Shown: in pieces, positions 30,711 through 39,882 of the stretch
Numbering within the stretch: the first letter of the stretch is position 1
Layout: each line of letters opens with the position of its first letter
NCBI GenBank assembly: GCA_964487735.1
Contig: CAZASJ010000009.1
Coordinates: forward strand, 388 to 63,972
DNA length: 63,585 nt
Source of the DNA: an uncultured Bacteroidales bacterium
GTDB taxonomy: Bacteria; Bacteroidota; Bacteroidia; Bacteroidales; B18-G4
Reading direction: 5' to 3'
Notes under the pieces: model-generated
What the model was told of the DNA's origin: nothing
Database searches by the model: none
What the model saw: only the letters and a program-made list of their open reading frames with translations
Position numbers and translations under genes: made by a program

Positions 30711-32276
30711 ATGGGGCTCGGAGTACTTAAAAAAATCAGGGTATTCGTTTCCCTTTTCTTTTTTCTTCTGATCACATTTATTTTCATTGACTTTACAAAT
30801 ACGCTTTCCGGAAAAGTCATTCAGGGTCTGCTATACCTGCAATTTATACCAAGTCTGATCGCTTTTCTTAAGCTTGGTGGTTTAGCACTATTTAGCCTGG
30901 CCATTGTCCTTTTGCTAAGTATGTTGTTTGGCAGGGTATATTGTTCCACAATCTGTCCGCTGGGTACATTGCAGGATATAATCATCTGGTTTAATCGACG
31001 ATTTACCCATAAGAAGAAGTATCGAAAGCAAAAAAAACATGCATATCTGCGATACGGTATACTGGTAATTGCCACCGCCTTTTTGTCGCTGGGAATGATA
31101 AGCCCCTTGCTCTTGCTCGACCCTTACAGTAATTATGGCCGAATTGTTGCAAATCTGCTCAGGCCGGTCTATTTATTGCTTAATAATCTCGGTGCACTTA
31201 TATTGGAATCAGCGGATATTTATACTCTTTACAGGGTTGAACCCGGGCTAACACACTGGTTCTCCCTGGCATTCTCTTTCGGTGTTTTTGCCTTGATATT
31301 CTGGCTTTCTGTTAAGTATGCCCGGCTTTTTTGCAATACGCTTTGTCCGCTAGGCACCGCTCTAGGATTGCTGTCGCGATATGCTTTATTTCAAATCCGT
31401 CTTGAAAAATCACTTTGTACTTCCTGTGGAAAATGTTCAGCAGTTTGCAAGGCAGGCTGCATAGACATTAATGCGAAAAAAGTTGATTTCAGCCGCTGTG
31501 TGGGATGCTTTAACTGTCTGACATCCTGTCCTTCCGGAGGAGTAAAATACACCACTAAAAGAAGGGATACTGAAATCATTATAAAACCCTTTGATCCTTC
31601 GAGACGTAATTTTATTGCCGGCACAGTGGTAGCTGCTACGGCACTATCTCCTCTGAGTATGTTGGCGCAAGGCCGGAACCGTGGGGGAAAACGATGCAAC
31701 TCTCCCCAGGAAGTGATTAAAAATTACCCCATATCCCCACCCGGATCAACAAGCCTGGAACATTTCAACAATGCATGTACTGCATGCCATTTATGTGTGA
31801 GCGCCTGCCCTACGCATGTCATCAAACCTTCTTTTTTAGAATACGGTTTAGGTGGCATTATGCAACCCAGACTGGATTATCATGCGAACTATTGCAACTT
31901 TGATTGTGTAGTCTGTAGTGAGGTTTGCCCAACCGGAGCCCTGCAGCCCCTGGATATTGAAGAAAAGCATCTTCTTCAGCTTGGAAAGGTTAAGTTCATC
32001 AAGCACAATTGCATCGTTTTTACGGAAGGAACAGATTGCGGGGCCTGTTCGGAGCATTGCCCCACCAAAGCCGTGGATATGCGTCCATACAGGAATAACC
32101 TCTTCCTGCCCATCGTAAATCCAGACATTTGTGTTGGTTGCGGAGCCTGTGAGTACGCCTGCCCAACCGACCCAAAATCAATCTTCGTAGAAGGCAATCC
32201 CGTTCATCTTATAGCAGATAAGCCAGTAGCGGTTGAACTGGATCAACCCGATCCCACTGAAGATTTTCCTTTTTAA
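30711..32276 (+). CDS. Polyferredoxin membrane protein (NapH/MauN-like fused to NapG/MauM-like)
   Basis: CSTICPLG, CNTLCPLG, several CxxCxxCxxxC clusters, internal SRRNFI segment. Confidence 0.88.
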   Translation: MGLGVLKKIRVFVSLFFFLLITFIFIDFTNTLSGKVIQGLLYLQFIPSLIAFLKLGGLALFSLAIVLLLSMLFGRVYCSTICPLGTLQDIIIWFNRRFTHKKKYRKQKKHAYLRYGILVIATAFLSLGMISPLLLLDPYSNYGRIVANLLRPVYLLLNNLGALILESADIYTLYRVEPGLTHWFSLAFSFGVFALIFWLSVKYARLFCNTLCPLGTALGLLSRYALFQIRLEKSLCTSCGKCSAVCKAGCIDINAKKVDFSRCVGCFNCLTSCPSGGVKYTTKRRDTEIIIKPFDPSRRNFIAGTVVAATALSPLSMLAQGRNRGGKRCNSPQEVIKNYPISPPGSTSLEHFNNACTACHLCVSACPTHVIKPSFLEYGLGGIMQPRLDYHANYCNFDCVVCSEVCPTGALQPLDIEEKHLLQLGKVKFIKHNCIVFTEGTDCGACSEHCPTKAVDMRPYRNNLFLPIVNPDICVGCGACEYACPTDPKSIFVEGNPVHLIADKPVAVELDQPDPTEDFPF

Positions 32277-33784
32277 GCATGCTTTTTTAATACGATCCGA
32301 AAGGTTGTTTCACGATTGGGATAAGAATGCTTCACAAATATCTTTCCCTTATGGTAGTCCCTGATAATTCTTCTTGAAAGTGACAGACCCAAACCCCAAC
32401 CACGCTTTTTACTTGTATATCCGGGGTTAAAAATAGCTTTGAAATGCGATTTGGGAATTCCTTTTCCTGTATCGCTGATATCAATAATTACATTGCCTTT
32501 TTCTTCGCTCAGCGATATGTTAATCGCTCCTTTGCCCGACATAGCATCTATTGCATTCTTTATAAGGTTTTCTATTACCCAGCTAAACAGGTGCGCATTC
32601 GCTGGAACAATGATGGGCTTGTCACCGGGAATATGGATTTTATACTCAACCTTCTTGGATGTGCGCGACTTAATATATTCTGTAGAGTTGTAAACAACAT
32701 CCACAATATTAATCGGGTCAAGGCTGGGAGGGGAGCCGATCTTAGAAAATCGATCTGTAATGTTCTCCAGTCTGTCAATGTCTTTTTTGATCTCTACCAG
32801 GCCTTCATCTTCAATTCCTTTCAGTTTCAGCAATTCCAGCCATGCGATCATTGACGAGAGCGGTGTGCCTAGCTGATGTGCTGTCTCCTTCGACATACCT
32901 ACCCAAACCCTGTCCTGCTCAGACCTCCGCGAAGTATTAAAGAGGAAGTAAGTGATCAGCAAAAAAAGTCCAATCACACCAAATTGTACATATGGATATA
33001 TTCTCAATTGTGTTTGTATAACCGAGCTTTTATAAAATATATACCTCTTTTCCGGACCGGCAAGAGTGATTTCAATCGGGTCATTTTCGGAAGCCATCTC
33101 ATCGATGGTCCTGGCAAGGAACAATGAGTCATTAACATCTTTTCCTGCCAGATTTCCACTTACAATAATGTTCAGCTTACTGCTATCCGTAATGATGACC
33201 GGAACCGATAAGGCATTTTCAACCACCTCCTCCAGAAAGGATTCGTTCAGGTCGTTGAGCACCGTTCTTAATTCAGTATAAATGGTTGATTCCTTGAAAT
33301 ACAGAATTTGAAACTCCCCCGGCAAATATTCAATTCGAATGGGATTGTATACCGTAAACTCCTTTTTCAAATCTCCTTCCAGCACATCATATTGGCTCAC
33401 ACTGTCGGCTACATTTCTTGCATGAATGATACTATCACTTTCTTTTGTCATGATAACGGGAATGGTAGTATTTCCTGTTATGATCTTGTAATATATATCA
33501 AGGACCTCAGAGTTTACCTCACTCATCATGTTCTTTGAGGCATCCGCCAGAATCTCCGCCCGTTTCTTTTCTTCTTCTTTTATTTGGGCAAAAAATCTGT
33601 CGGTATAAGCAACAAGATTTGCTTTGCGTTGAAGAGCATCTGCCCAAATTCTAACATTGTCTCTTTCTGAACTTGCAATTTTATTTACGATAATATTGGT
33701 ATACCATAGTGAGGCTGTTACAATGATTACAGCTACGGCAAAGAGTATCCATTTCCATCTTTTTTTCCGGGAGTATGTGTTCAT
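32273..33784 (-). CDS. Sensor histidine kinase with duplicated periplasmic domain
   Basis: Two TMs; H box ETAHQLGTP; ENLIKNA; DTGKG; GWGLGL. Confidence 0.92.
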   Translation of the reverse strand: MNTYSRKKRWKWILFAVAVIIVTASLWYTNIIVNKIASSERDNVRIWADALQRKANLVAYTDRFFAQIKEEEKKRAEILADASKNMMSEVNSEVLDIYYKIITGNTTIPVIMTKESDSIIHARNVADSVSQYDVLEGDLKKEFTVYNPIRIEYLPGEFQILYFKESTIYTELRTVLNDLNESFLEEVVENALSVPVIITDSSKLNIIVSGNLAGKDVNDSLFLARTIDEMASENDPIEITLAGPEKRYIFYKSSVIQTQLRIYPYVQFGVIGLFLLITYFLFNTSRRSEQDRVWVGMSKETAHQLGTPLSSMIAWLELLKLKGIEDEGLVEIKKDIDRLENITDRFSKIGSPPSLDPINIVDVVYNSTEYIKSRTSKKVEYKIHIPGDKPIIVPANAHLFSWVIENLIKNAIDAMSGKGAINISLSEEKGNVIIDISDTGKGIPKSHFKAIFNPGYTSKKRGWGLGLSLSRRIIRDYHKGKIFVKHSYPNRETTFRIVLKKHA

Positions 33785-34007
33785 TTTTAAAATGTTCTGC
33801 TATAAAATACTACTAACGCAATTAAGTGCTTTCCTATTTTATGATCGGTCAGTGTAAATGTACTAAAATTATCCTCTTTACAAATTTCTTCCATATTTCA
33901 TAAGAGCCCTTTTTTGCTCTAAGTACCGAAAACAGGCATTTTTAGCCAGTGTGCAAAACGAAACCAACGATTTAAAACAAGAAATAAAAGATCTAAATTA
34001 TGCATTA

Positions 34008-34130
34008 AACTGCACTTTTAGTTGTATAACTAGTTTTTTAGTTGTATATTTGGCATGATATATGGATAATTTATAAATAGTTCAGCAATTTTTTTTGCCC
34101 ATATTAACTAACATTTTAGTTTACAAACTA
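34008..34130 (+). promoter_or_regulatory. blaI promoter with putative BlaI operator array
   Basis: AACT(G/A)-N6-TAGTT at 34008, 34028 and 34106; TAGTT-N4-AACTA at 34019 and 34117; TATATTTG -7 box at 34045-34052. Confidence 0.6.
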
Positions 34131-34146
34131 ACAACAACAATACGAC

Positions 34147-34533
34147 ATGAAAGAATTAACCAAGGCAGAAGAAGAGATCATGCAGGTGCTCTGGAAACTG
34201 GGTAAGGGATTTGTAAACGATGTCCTTGATGAATTACCGGATCCTAAACCTGCATACAATACCGTTTCTACCATAATAAGAATACTGGAAAGAAAAGGTT
34301 TTGCTGATCACAAGGCATTTGGGAAATCATATGAATATTTTCCCCTTTTAACAAAAAGAGAATACACCAAAAAGTATTTCGGGCACTTTATGAAAAATTA
34401 TTTCGGTAACTCTTATAAAGAAATGGTTTCCTTTTTTACAAGTGATAATAACCTGGACCTTCAGGAGCTTGAAGAATTAAAAAAAGCAATGGCCGAAGAG
34501 ATCATCCGAAAAAAAATTGAGAAAAATGAATAA
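34147..34533 (+). CDS. BlaI/MecI/CopY family transcriptional repressor
   Basis: LTKAEEEIMQVLW, AYNTVSTIIRILERKG, YFGNSY. Confidence 0.95.
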   Translation: MKELTKAEEEIMQVLWKLGKGFVNDVLDELPDPKPAYNTVSTIIRILERKGFADHKAFGKSYEYFPLLTKREYTKKYFGHFMKNYFGNSYKEMVSFFTSDNNLDLQELEELKKAMAEEIIRKKIEKNE

Positions 34534-35878
34534 CCTCATTCCTGTTCTGCTGCAATCATCTGTCAGTATTGCAATCTTATTTGCGATATATTACTTTTTT
34601 ATGAAGAGGGATACCTTTTTCATGACAAACCGATGGTACCTGGTATCCTCCCTGATCATTTCAATCCTCATTCCTTTTATAGATTTCAGCATTCTTCTGC
34701 CTGCCCGAGAACAGATCTATATGGTCTTGCTGGAACCTGTGATTATTAGCCCGGAAGGTCTCCAGGCTTCTGTGGAAGAAAATCTAACCATTTTTCAAAT
34801 TTTCATGTCTATATACCTCACAGGTGTCTGCATTTTTACGCTCCGGTTTCTCTATCAGCTAATTCAGCTATTTATGCTGGTCCGTAAATATGGAATATCC
34901 CATAAAGCCGGAATGCGCCTTGTGTTCACAGATAAGAACTATGCTCCTTTTTCATTTTTCAAGCTGGTTTTCCTAAACTCAACAGACATAGAGTCCATTG
35001 ACTCTCAAAAGATACTCGCCCACGAAAAAATTCACATCAAACAATGGCACAGTTTGGATCTGATGCTATTGGAGATCATTACTATAGTATTATGGTTTAA
35101 TCCCTTTATATGGTTATACCGCCATGCGATAAAAACATTGCATGAGTACCTTGCCGATGAGGGGGTTTTACACAGCGGGGTAGACGCAAATGTCTACAGT
35201 GCACTGCTTTTTAGGCAGAGTACGGGAATCCAGATCAATGATCTGACAAATAATTTTAGTAAATCACTTTTAAAAAAACGTTTCATTATGATGACAAGAA
35301 AAAGATCAACCCGTCTTGCAAGGATCAAACTACTGCTGGTGCTACCCCTTGCATTTACAATGATGCTGCTGATATCCCTTAGTCCGGATGCCATTGGGCA
35401 GCAAAACGAAAAAGTACCACCTCCTCAAGGAGAAAAATTAGTAACCGAAAGTTCACCTGATGTGCCGCCTCCACCTGAAAAAGCCCCAAAAGTCATTAAA
35501 ATTACTGAAGTTCCTCAGGATCAGGATGAACCAAAAGCACCCATCTTCACTGTAGTTGAAGAAATGCCCGCTTTTCCCGGAGGGAAAGAGGCTATGTTTA
35601 AATACCTCGTTGAAAACATTACATATCCCGAAAAAGCCAAAAAAGCAGGTGTTGTCGGAACGGTTTTCGTCACCTATGTTGTGGAAAAAGATGGCCTGGT
35701 AACAAATGTAAAGCTCCTGAGGGGTGTTGAAGAAACCCTTGATGCTGAGGCTATCAGGGTAGTGAAGGCCATGCCAAAATGGACACCCGGAAAACAACGG
35801 GGTGAAACTGTAAGAGTGCAATACAGCCTGCCTATCAAGTTTACCTTAGATAATGCAGAAAAAGAAGATAAAAAATAA
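34526..35878 (+). CDS. M56 (BlaR1-like) metallopeptidase fused to TonB C-terminal domain
   Basis: TMs, HEKIH, WFNP, HEYLAD, LKKRFIMM; Pro-rich linker; VEEMPAFPGG and LDAEAIRVV TonB_C. Confidence 0.92.
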   Translation: MNNLIPVLLQSSVSIAILFAIYYFFMKRDTFFMTNRWYLVSSLIISILIPFIDFSILLPAREQIYMVLLEPVIISPEGLQASVEENLTIFQIFMSIYLTGVCIFTLRFLYQLIQLFMLVRKYGISHKAGMRLVFTDKNYAPFSFFKLVFLNSTDIESIDSQKILAHEKIHIKQWHSLDLMLLEIITIVLWFNPFIWLYRHAIKTLHEYLADEGVLHSGVDANVYSALLFRQSTGIQINDLTNNFSKSLLKKRFIMMTRKRSTRLARIKLLLVLPLAFTMMLLISLSPDAIGQQNEKVPPPQGEKLVTESSPDVPPPPEKAPKVIKITEVPQDQDEPKAPIFTVVEEMPAFPGGKEAMFKYLVENITYPEKAKKAGVVGTVFVTYVVEKDGLVTNVKLLRGVEETLDAEAIRVVKAMPKWTPGKQRGETVRVQYSLPIKFTLDNAEKEDKK

Positions 35879-35889
35879 TACTTAAGCAC

Positions 35890-35921
35890 ATGGCTGCCTT
35901 TGTTTCGGGCAGCCATTTTTT
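35890..35921 (+). terminator. Intrinsic terminator after M56-TonB
   Basis: ATGGCTGCC-loop-GGCAGCCAT followed by a T-run. Confidence 0.85.
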
Positions 35922-35936
35922 ATTTTCAAATACTCT

Positions 35937-36395
35937 ATGAAAAAAATTATTCTGCTAAGCCTCATCATTCTTTTTTCTGTCCTTACAGCTAAAGCCCAGC
36001 TTTTTCGAAAGCATCAATCAGATACCCTTCAGACCTCTAAAACAAAAAAATACTATGAATTCTGGGATAAAGACAGCACCTCTCTGAGTGCAAAAGGAAA
36101 ATTTTGCCAGGGAGCACCTTGCAAAACCTGGAGGTATTACTATAAAGATGGAACCAGAAGAAAAAAAGTAAAATATGGTGAGCGACTGAAAATTAAAAAC
36201 TATTTCCAAAACGGCCGTCTTGAAACAAAGGGATATGCTATCCTTGTCCTTGATGCGGAAAGAATTCACTTTTACTGGACCGGACCCTGGAAATATTATG
36301 ACAAAAAAAGAAAATTATACCGCATCGCTTTATATGAAAACGGTCAGGAAGTAAAAGTAATCATGGGTCCGGAAGATCCTGTTTACTTTGAATAG
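35937..36395 (+). CDS. Exported hypothetical protein with MORN/YwqK-like repeats
   Basis: Signal peptide; repeated G.W.YY..DG motifs. Confidence 0.65.
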   Translation: MKKIILLSLIILFSVLTAKAQLFRKHQSDTLQTSKTKKYYEFWDKDSTSLSAKGKFCQGAPCKTWRYYYKDGTRRKKVKYGERLKIKNYFQNGRLETKGYAILVLDAERIHFYWTGPWKYYDKKRKLYRIALYENGQEVKVIMGPEDPVYFE

Positions 36396-36546
36396 CCACC
36401 ATCCCCTCCCACTCCAAATAACAACTTACAAATAAATGGATGTTCGTAAATGAACAGCTTATGCCTATATCGGACACAATTTTTCCGTTTAGAACATTCT
36501 ATCCTAGTTCTTAATTACTGATTTCGTGCTATTTGTGAAGGTGGCA

Positions 36547-36566
36547 CACTTTTAGTTGATTAACTA
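36547..36566 (+). promoter_or_regulatory. Operator-like site upstream of the ABC operon, matching the blaI upstream motif
   Basis: CACTTTTAGTTG identical to 34013-34024, completed as TAGTT-gatt-AACTA. Confidence 0.5.
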
Positions 36567-36586
36567 TTAAACCATTATTCCTGAGC

Positions 36587-37333
36587 ATGATAATACTTAA
36601 AAACCTACATAAGTCATACGAGATCGGGCAAAACAAGCTACATGTGCTTAAAGGCATCGATCTTACCATTGAAAGCGGTGAACTGGTTTCGGTTATGGGC
36701 TCCTCCGGTTCCGGAAAATCAACCTTATTAAACATATTAGGGCTGTTGGATACCTATGATGAAGGCGAGCTTTACCTGAACGGAGACCTGATCATGAATT
36801 CCAGCATTACAAAACTCAGGGAGCTTAATGAAAGGCGCGCTGCCCACCTGCGTAACGAAACCATTGGATTCGTTTTCCAGTCGTTCAACCTAATCTCATT
36901 CAAAAATGCGAAGGAAAACGTAGCCCTTCCACTATACTATAAAGGCATTGGGCGTAAAAAAAGAAACCGCATGGCCATGGAATTCCTGGAAAAAATGGGC
37001 CTGGAAGAATGGGCAGAACACCTTCCAAATGAGTTATCCGGCGGTCAGAAACAGCGCATTGCTATCGCTAGAGCACTGATCTCACAGCCTAAAATGATTC
37101 TGGCAGATGAACCAACCGGAGCACTTGACTCATCCACATCAATGGAAGTGATGGAGCTTTTTCAGGAAATTAATTCTGCAGGTATAACTGTTATTATCGT
37201 AACACATGAGAATGATATTGCGGCCAAAACCGAACGTATTATCCGGCTTAAAGACGGACTTATAGAAAAAAACATAAAAAACGGCTTTCATAAAAGGTCG
37301 GATAAAAAACCCAAGATCCTGCAAACAGCATAA
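36587..37333 (+). CDS. ABC transporter ATP-binding protein (LolD/MacB-like)
   Basis: GSSGSGKS Walker A, LSGGQ, ILADEPTG, VTHE. Confidence 0.95.
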   Translation: MIILKNLHKSYEIGQNKLHVLKGIDLTIESGELVSVMGSSGSGKSTLLNILGLLDTYDEGELYLNGDLIMNSSITKLRELNERRAAHLRNETIGFVFQSFNLISFKNAKENVALPLYYKGIGRKKRNRMAMEFLEKMGLEEWAEHLPNELSGGQKQRIAIARALISQPKMILADEPTGALDSSTSMEVMELFQEINSAGITVIIVTHENDIAAKTERIIRLKDGLIEKNIKNGFHKRSDKKPKILQTA

Positions 37334-37344
37334 TCCCTAAACCT

Positions 37345-38574
37345 ATGTTTGATATCGACAAATGGCAGGAGATCTTTAGTACGATCAGAAAAAACAAGCT
37401 TAGAACGTTGTTGACAGGCTTCAGTGTAGCCTGGGGAATATTTATGCTTATTATATTACTGGGTTCCGGTTACGGCCTCGAAAATGGGGTGAAACGGGAA
37501 TTTACAGGAGATGCGGTAAATTATCTTTCCATTAATGCCGGCATAACCAGTATGCCATACAAAGGAATGAAACCCGGGCGCAGGCTTCGCTTTACCAATG
37601 AAGAGAAAAATCAGCTTGGCAATATGCAGGGCGTTGATAAAAGTTCCGGTCGTTCAGCAGTATGGGCAAACAACACCCTCTCGTATCAAAATGAATATGG
37701 TAATTTCGATATATATGCCGTAAGTCCGGATTACAAATATGTTGAATCCCTTATTATTCTTGAAGGCAGGTATTTGAACGAAATTGATGAGGATGATTAT
37801 CGCAAGGTGGTGGTGCTTGGCCGCCTTGTAAACGATGCGCTGTTCAAAGGAAAGGAGTCCCTAGGAGAATACATAAAGGTAAGCGGGATTCCCTTTAAGG
37901 TAATCGGCACATTTGATGATCCCGGTGGCGACCGTGATCTCAGCAGGATCTATATTCCGCTATCAACCGCCCAGAGAGTATTTAATATGGGAAACTATGT
38001 TGGCAGCATATTGCTTAATCTGGGCGATGCCGATGTAGATGAAAGCCTGTTAATGGTAGAGGCTCTGAAACAGGACCTGTCAGAAAAAATGAAGTTCGAC
38101 CCTACCGACCCCAGGGCCATCTTTGTATACAATAGCATCGAAAACTACCGCACCTTCATGAATCTTTTTGCTAACATTCGACTGTTTATCTGGATCATTG
38201 GTATCGGCACGATCATCGCCGGCATTGTAGGTGTAAGCAACATCATGATGATCGTTGTAAAAGAGCGTACCAAGGAGATCGGAATACGCAAATCAATGGG
38301 GGCAACACCCTGGTCGATCGTAAGCCTGATATTACAGGAATCAATCCTTATAACTTCTTTTGCCGGTTACATAGGCCTTGTGCTGGGTGTTGGATTGCTT
38401 GAGATTATATCGAATGTATTGCCGGCAACAGATTATTTTGCAAATCCTGAAGTAAACATCCATATAGCTTTATATGCAACCCTTTTACTTGTCTTTTGCG
38501 GTGCGCTGGCCGGTTTTGTGCCTGCAAGAAAAGCCGCTGCAGTAAAACCTGTTGTGGCCCTGAGGGATGAATAA
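37345..38574 (+). CDS. ABC transporter permease (MacB-PCD/FtsX)
   Basis: NKLRTLLT, VSNIM...ERTKEIGIRKSMGA, PARKAA. Confidence 0.93.
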   Translation: MFDIDKWQEIFSTIRKNKLRTLLTGFSVAWGIFMLIILLGSGYGLENGVKREFTGDAVNYLSINAGITSMPYKGMKPGRRLRFTNEEKNQLGNMQGVDKSSGRSAVWANNTLSYQNEYGNFDIYAVSPDYKYVESLIILEGRYLNEIDEDDYRKVVVLGRLVNDALFKGKESLGEYIKVSGIPFKVIGTFDDPGGDRDLSRIYIPLSTAQRVFNMGNYVGSILLNLGDADVDESLLMVEALKQDLSEKMKFDPTDPRAIFVYNSIENYRTFMNLFANIRLFIWIIGIGTIIAGIVGVSNIMMIVVKERTKEIGIRKSMGATPWSIVSLILQESILITSFAGYIGLVLGVGLLEIISNVLPATDYFANPEVNIHIALYATLLLVFCGALAGFVPARKAAAVKPVVALRDE

Positions 38575-38601
38575 ATTATTAAACTGTTAAATTGTTATAA
38601 A

Positions 38602-39864
38602 TTGAGAGTATTTGATTCAGACAGATGGCAAGAGATCTTCAGTACGCTGAAAAAGAACAAGTTAAGAACTTTCTTTACAGCCTTTGGGGTGTTTTGGGGC
38701 ATTTTCATGCTCGTAATTATGATGGGTTCAGGATCAGGACTTGAAAATGCAGTGGGCAGAGACATGGGAAACATGGCCACAAACAGCGTATTTATGTGGT
38801 CCATGCGTACAAGCATGCCATATAAAGGATTCGACAGGGGACGGTATTATAATTTCAGAAATAGCGATACGGAAGCCCTTCTGGAGAATATTCCGGAAAT
38901 AAAATATATCGGGCCCAGGATCCGTGGATGGGGTGGAGATGGAAACAATGTTGTAAGAGGAGAAAGAACCGGTGCTTTTATTATGCAGGGTGATTATCCT
39001 GATTACAACCTGATCGACCCTGTGGGCATGAAAAGGGGACGCTTTGTCAATGATATCGATATTAAAAACAATAGAAAAGTATGTGTAATCGGACAGCGTA
39101 TTGTAAACGAAATGTTTGCCCCGGGAGAAAACCCTATCGGCGAATACCTGCGAATACAAGGCGTATACTTTAAGGTTGTGGGTGTTTTTGAATCCATAAA
39201 ACCCGGAAGGGCGGAACACGAAAACCAAATCATTTACCTCCCTTTCACCACACTTCAAAAGACATATAATTTTGGCGACATGGTTGGCTGGTATTCCATC
39301 ACATCCATCGACAATGTTCCTGTATCTGTTGTTGAAGAAAAAGCCAAGGCCCTTTTGCGCCAGAGGCATAGCATTCATCCTGATGACAAAAGAGCTGTTG
39401 GTTCCTTTAACCTTGAAAATGAGTTTAATAAAATGACAACCCTTTTTGCAGGCATCCGGGGTTTAATCTGGATTGTTGGCATTGGGACTTTACTTGCCGG
39501 TGTAATCGGAGTAAGCAACATCATGCTAATTATCATTAAGGAGCGGACGAAGGAGATTGGGATTCAGCGAGCCATCGGGGCCACCCCTTTGAATATCATC
39601 ACACAAGTAATCCTGGAGTCAGTATTCCTGACTACAATTGCAGGTTACGTAGGATTGGTGCTTGGCGTTGGAATTGTTGAGGGGGTAAATTACCTGCTGA
39701 TTACAACGGGAGCTGAAAGTGAAATGTTCAGTAATCCGGAGGTAAACTTCAATGTAGCCATTCAGGCACTTGAGGTATTGGTAATATCAGGAATTTTTGC
39801 AGGGCTGATTCCTGCATACAGGGCTGTCAGCATGAAGCCCATTGATGCACTCAGAAGTGAATAA
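38602..39864 (+). CDS. ABC transporter permease (MacB-PCD/FtsX), paralog
   Basis: NKLRTFFT, VSNIM...ERTKEIGIQRAIGA, PAYRA...PIDALR; TTG start. Confidence 0.93.
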   Translation: MRVFDSDRWQEIFSTLKKNKLRTFFTAFGVFWGIFMLVIMMGSGSGLENAVGRDMGNMATNSVFMWSMRTSMPYKGFDRGRYYNFRNSDTEALLENIPEIKYIGPRIRGWGGDGNNVVRGERTGAFIMQGDYPDYNLIDPVGMKRGRFVNDIDIKNNRKVCVIGQRIVNEMFAPGENPIGEYLRIQGVYFKVVGVFESIKPGRAEHENQIIYLPFTTLQKTYNFGDMVGWYSITSIDNVPVSVVEEKAKALLRQRHSIHPDDKRAVGSFNLENEFNKMTTLFAGIRGLIWIVGIGTLLAGVIGVSNIMLIIIKERTKEIGIQRAIGATPLNIITQVILESVFLTTIAGYVGLVLGVGIVEGVNYLLITTGAESEMFSNPEVNFNVAIQALEVLVISGIFAGLIPAYRAVSMKPIDALRSE

Positions 39865-39882
39865 TTGTAAACTTTATATAAC

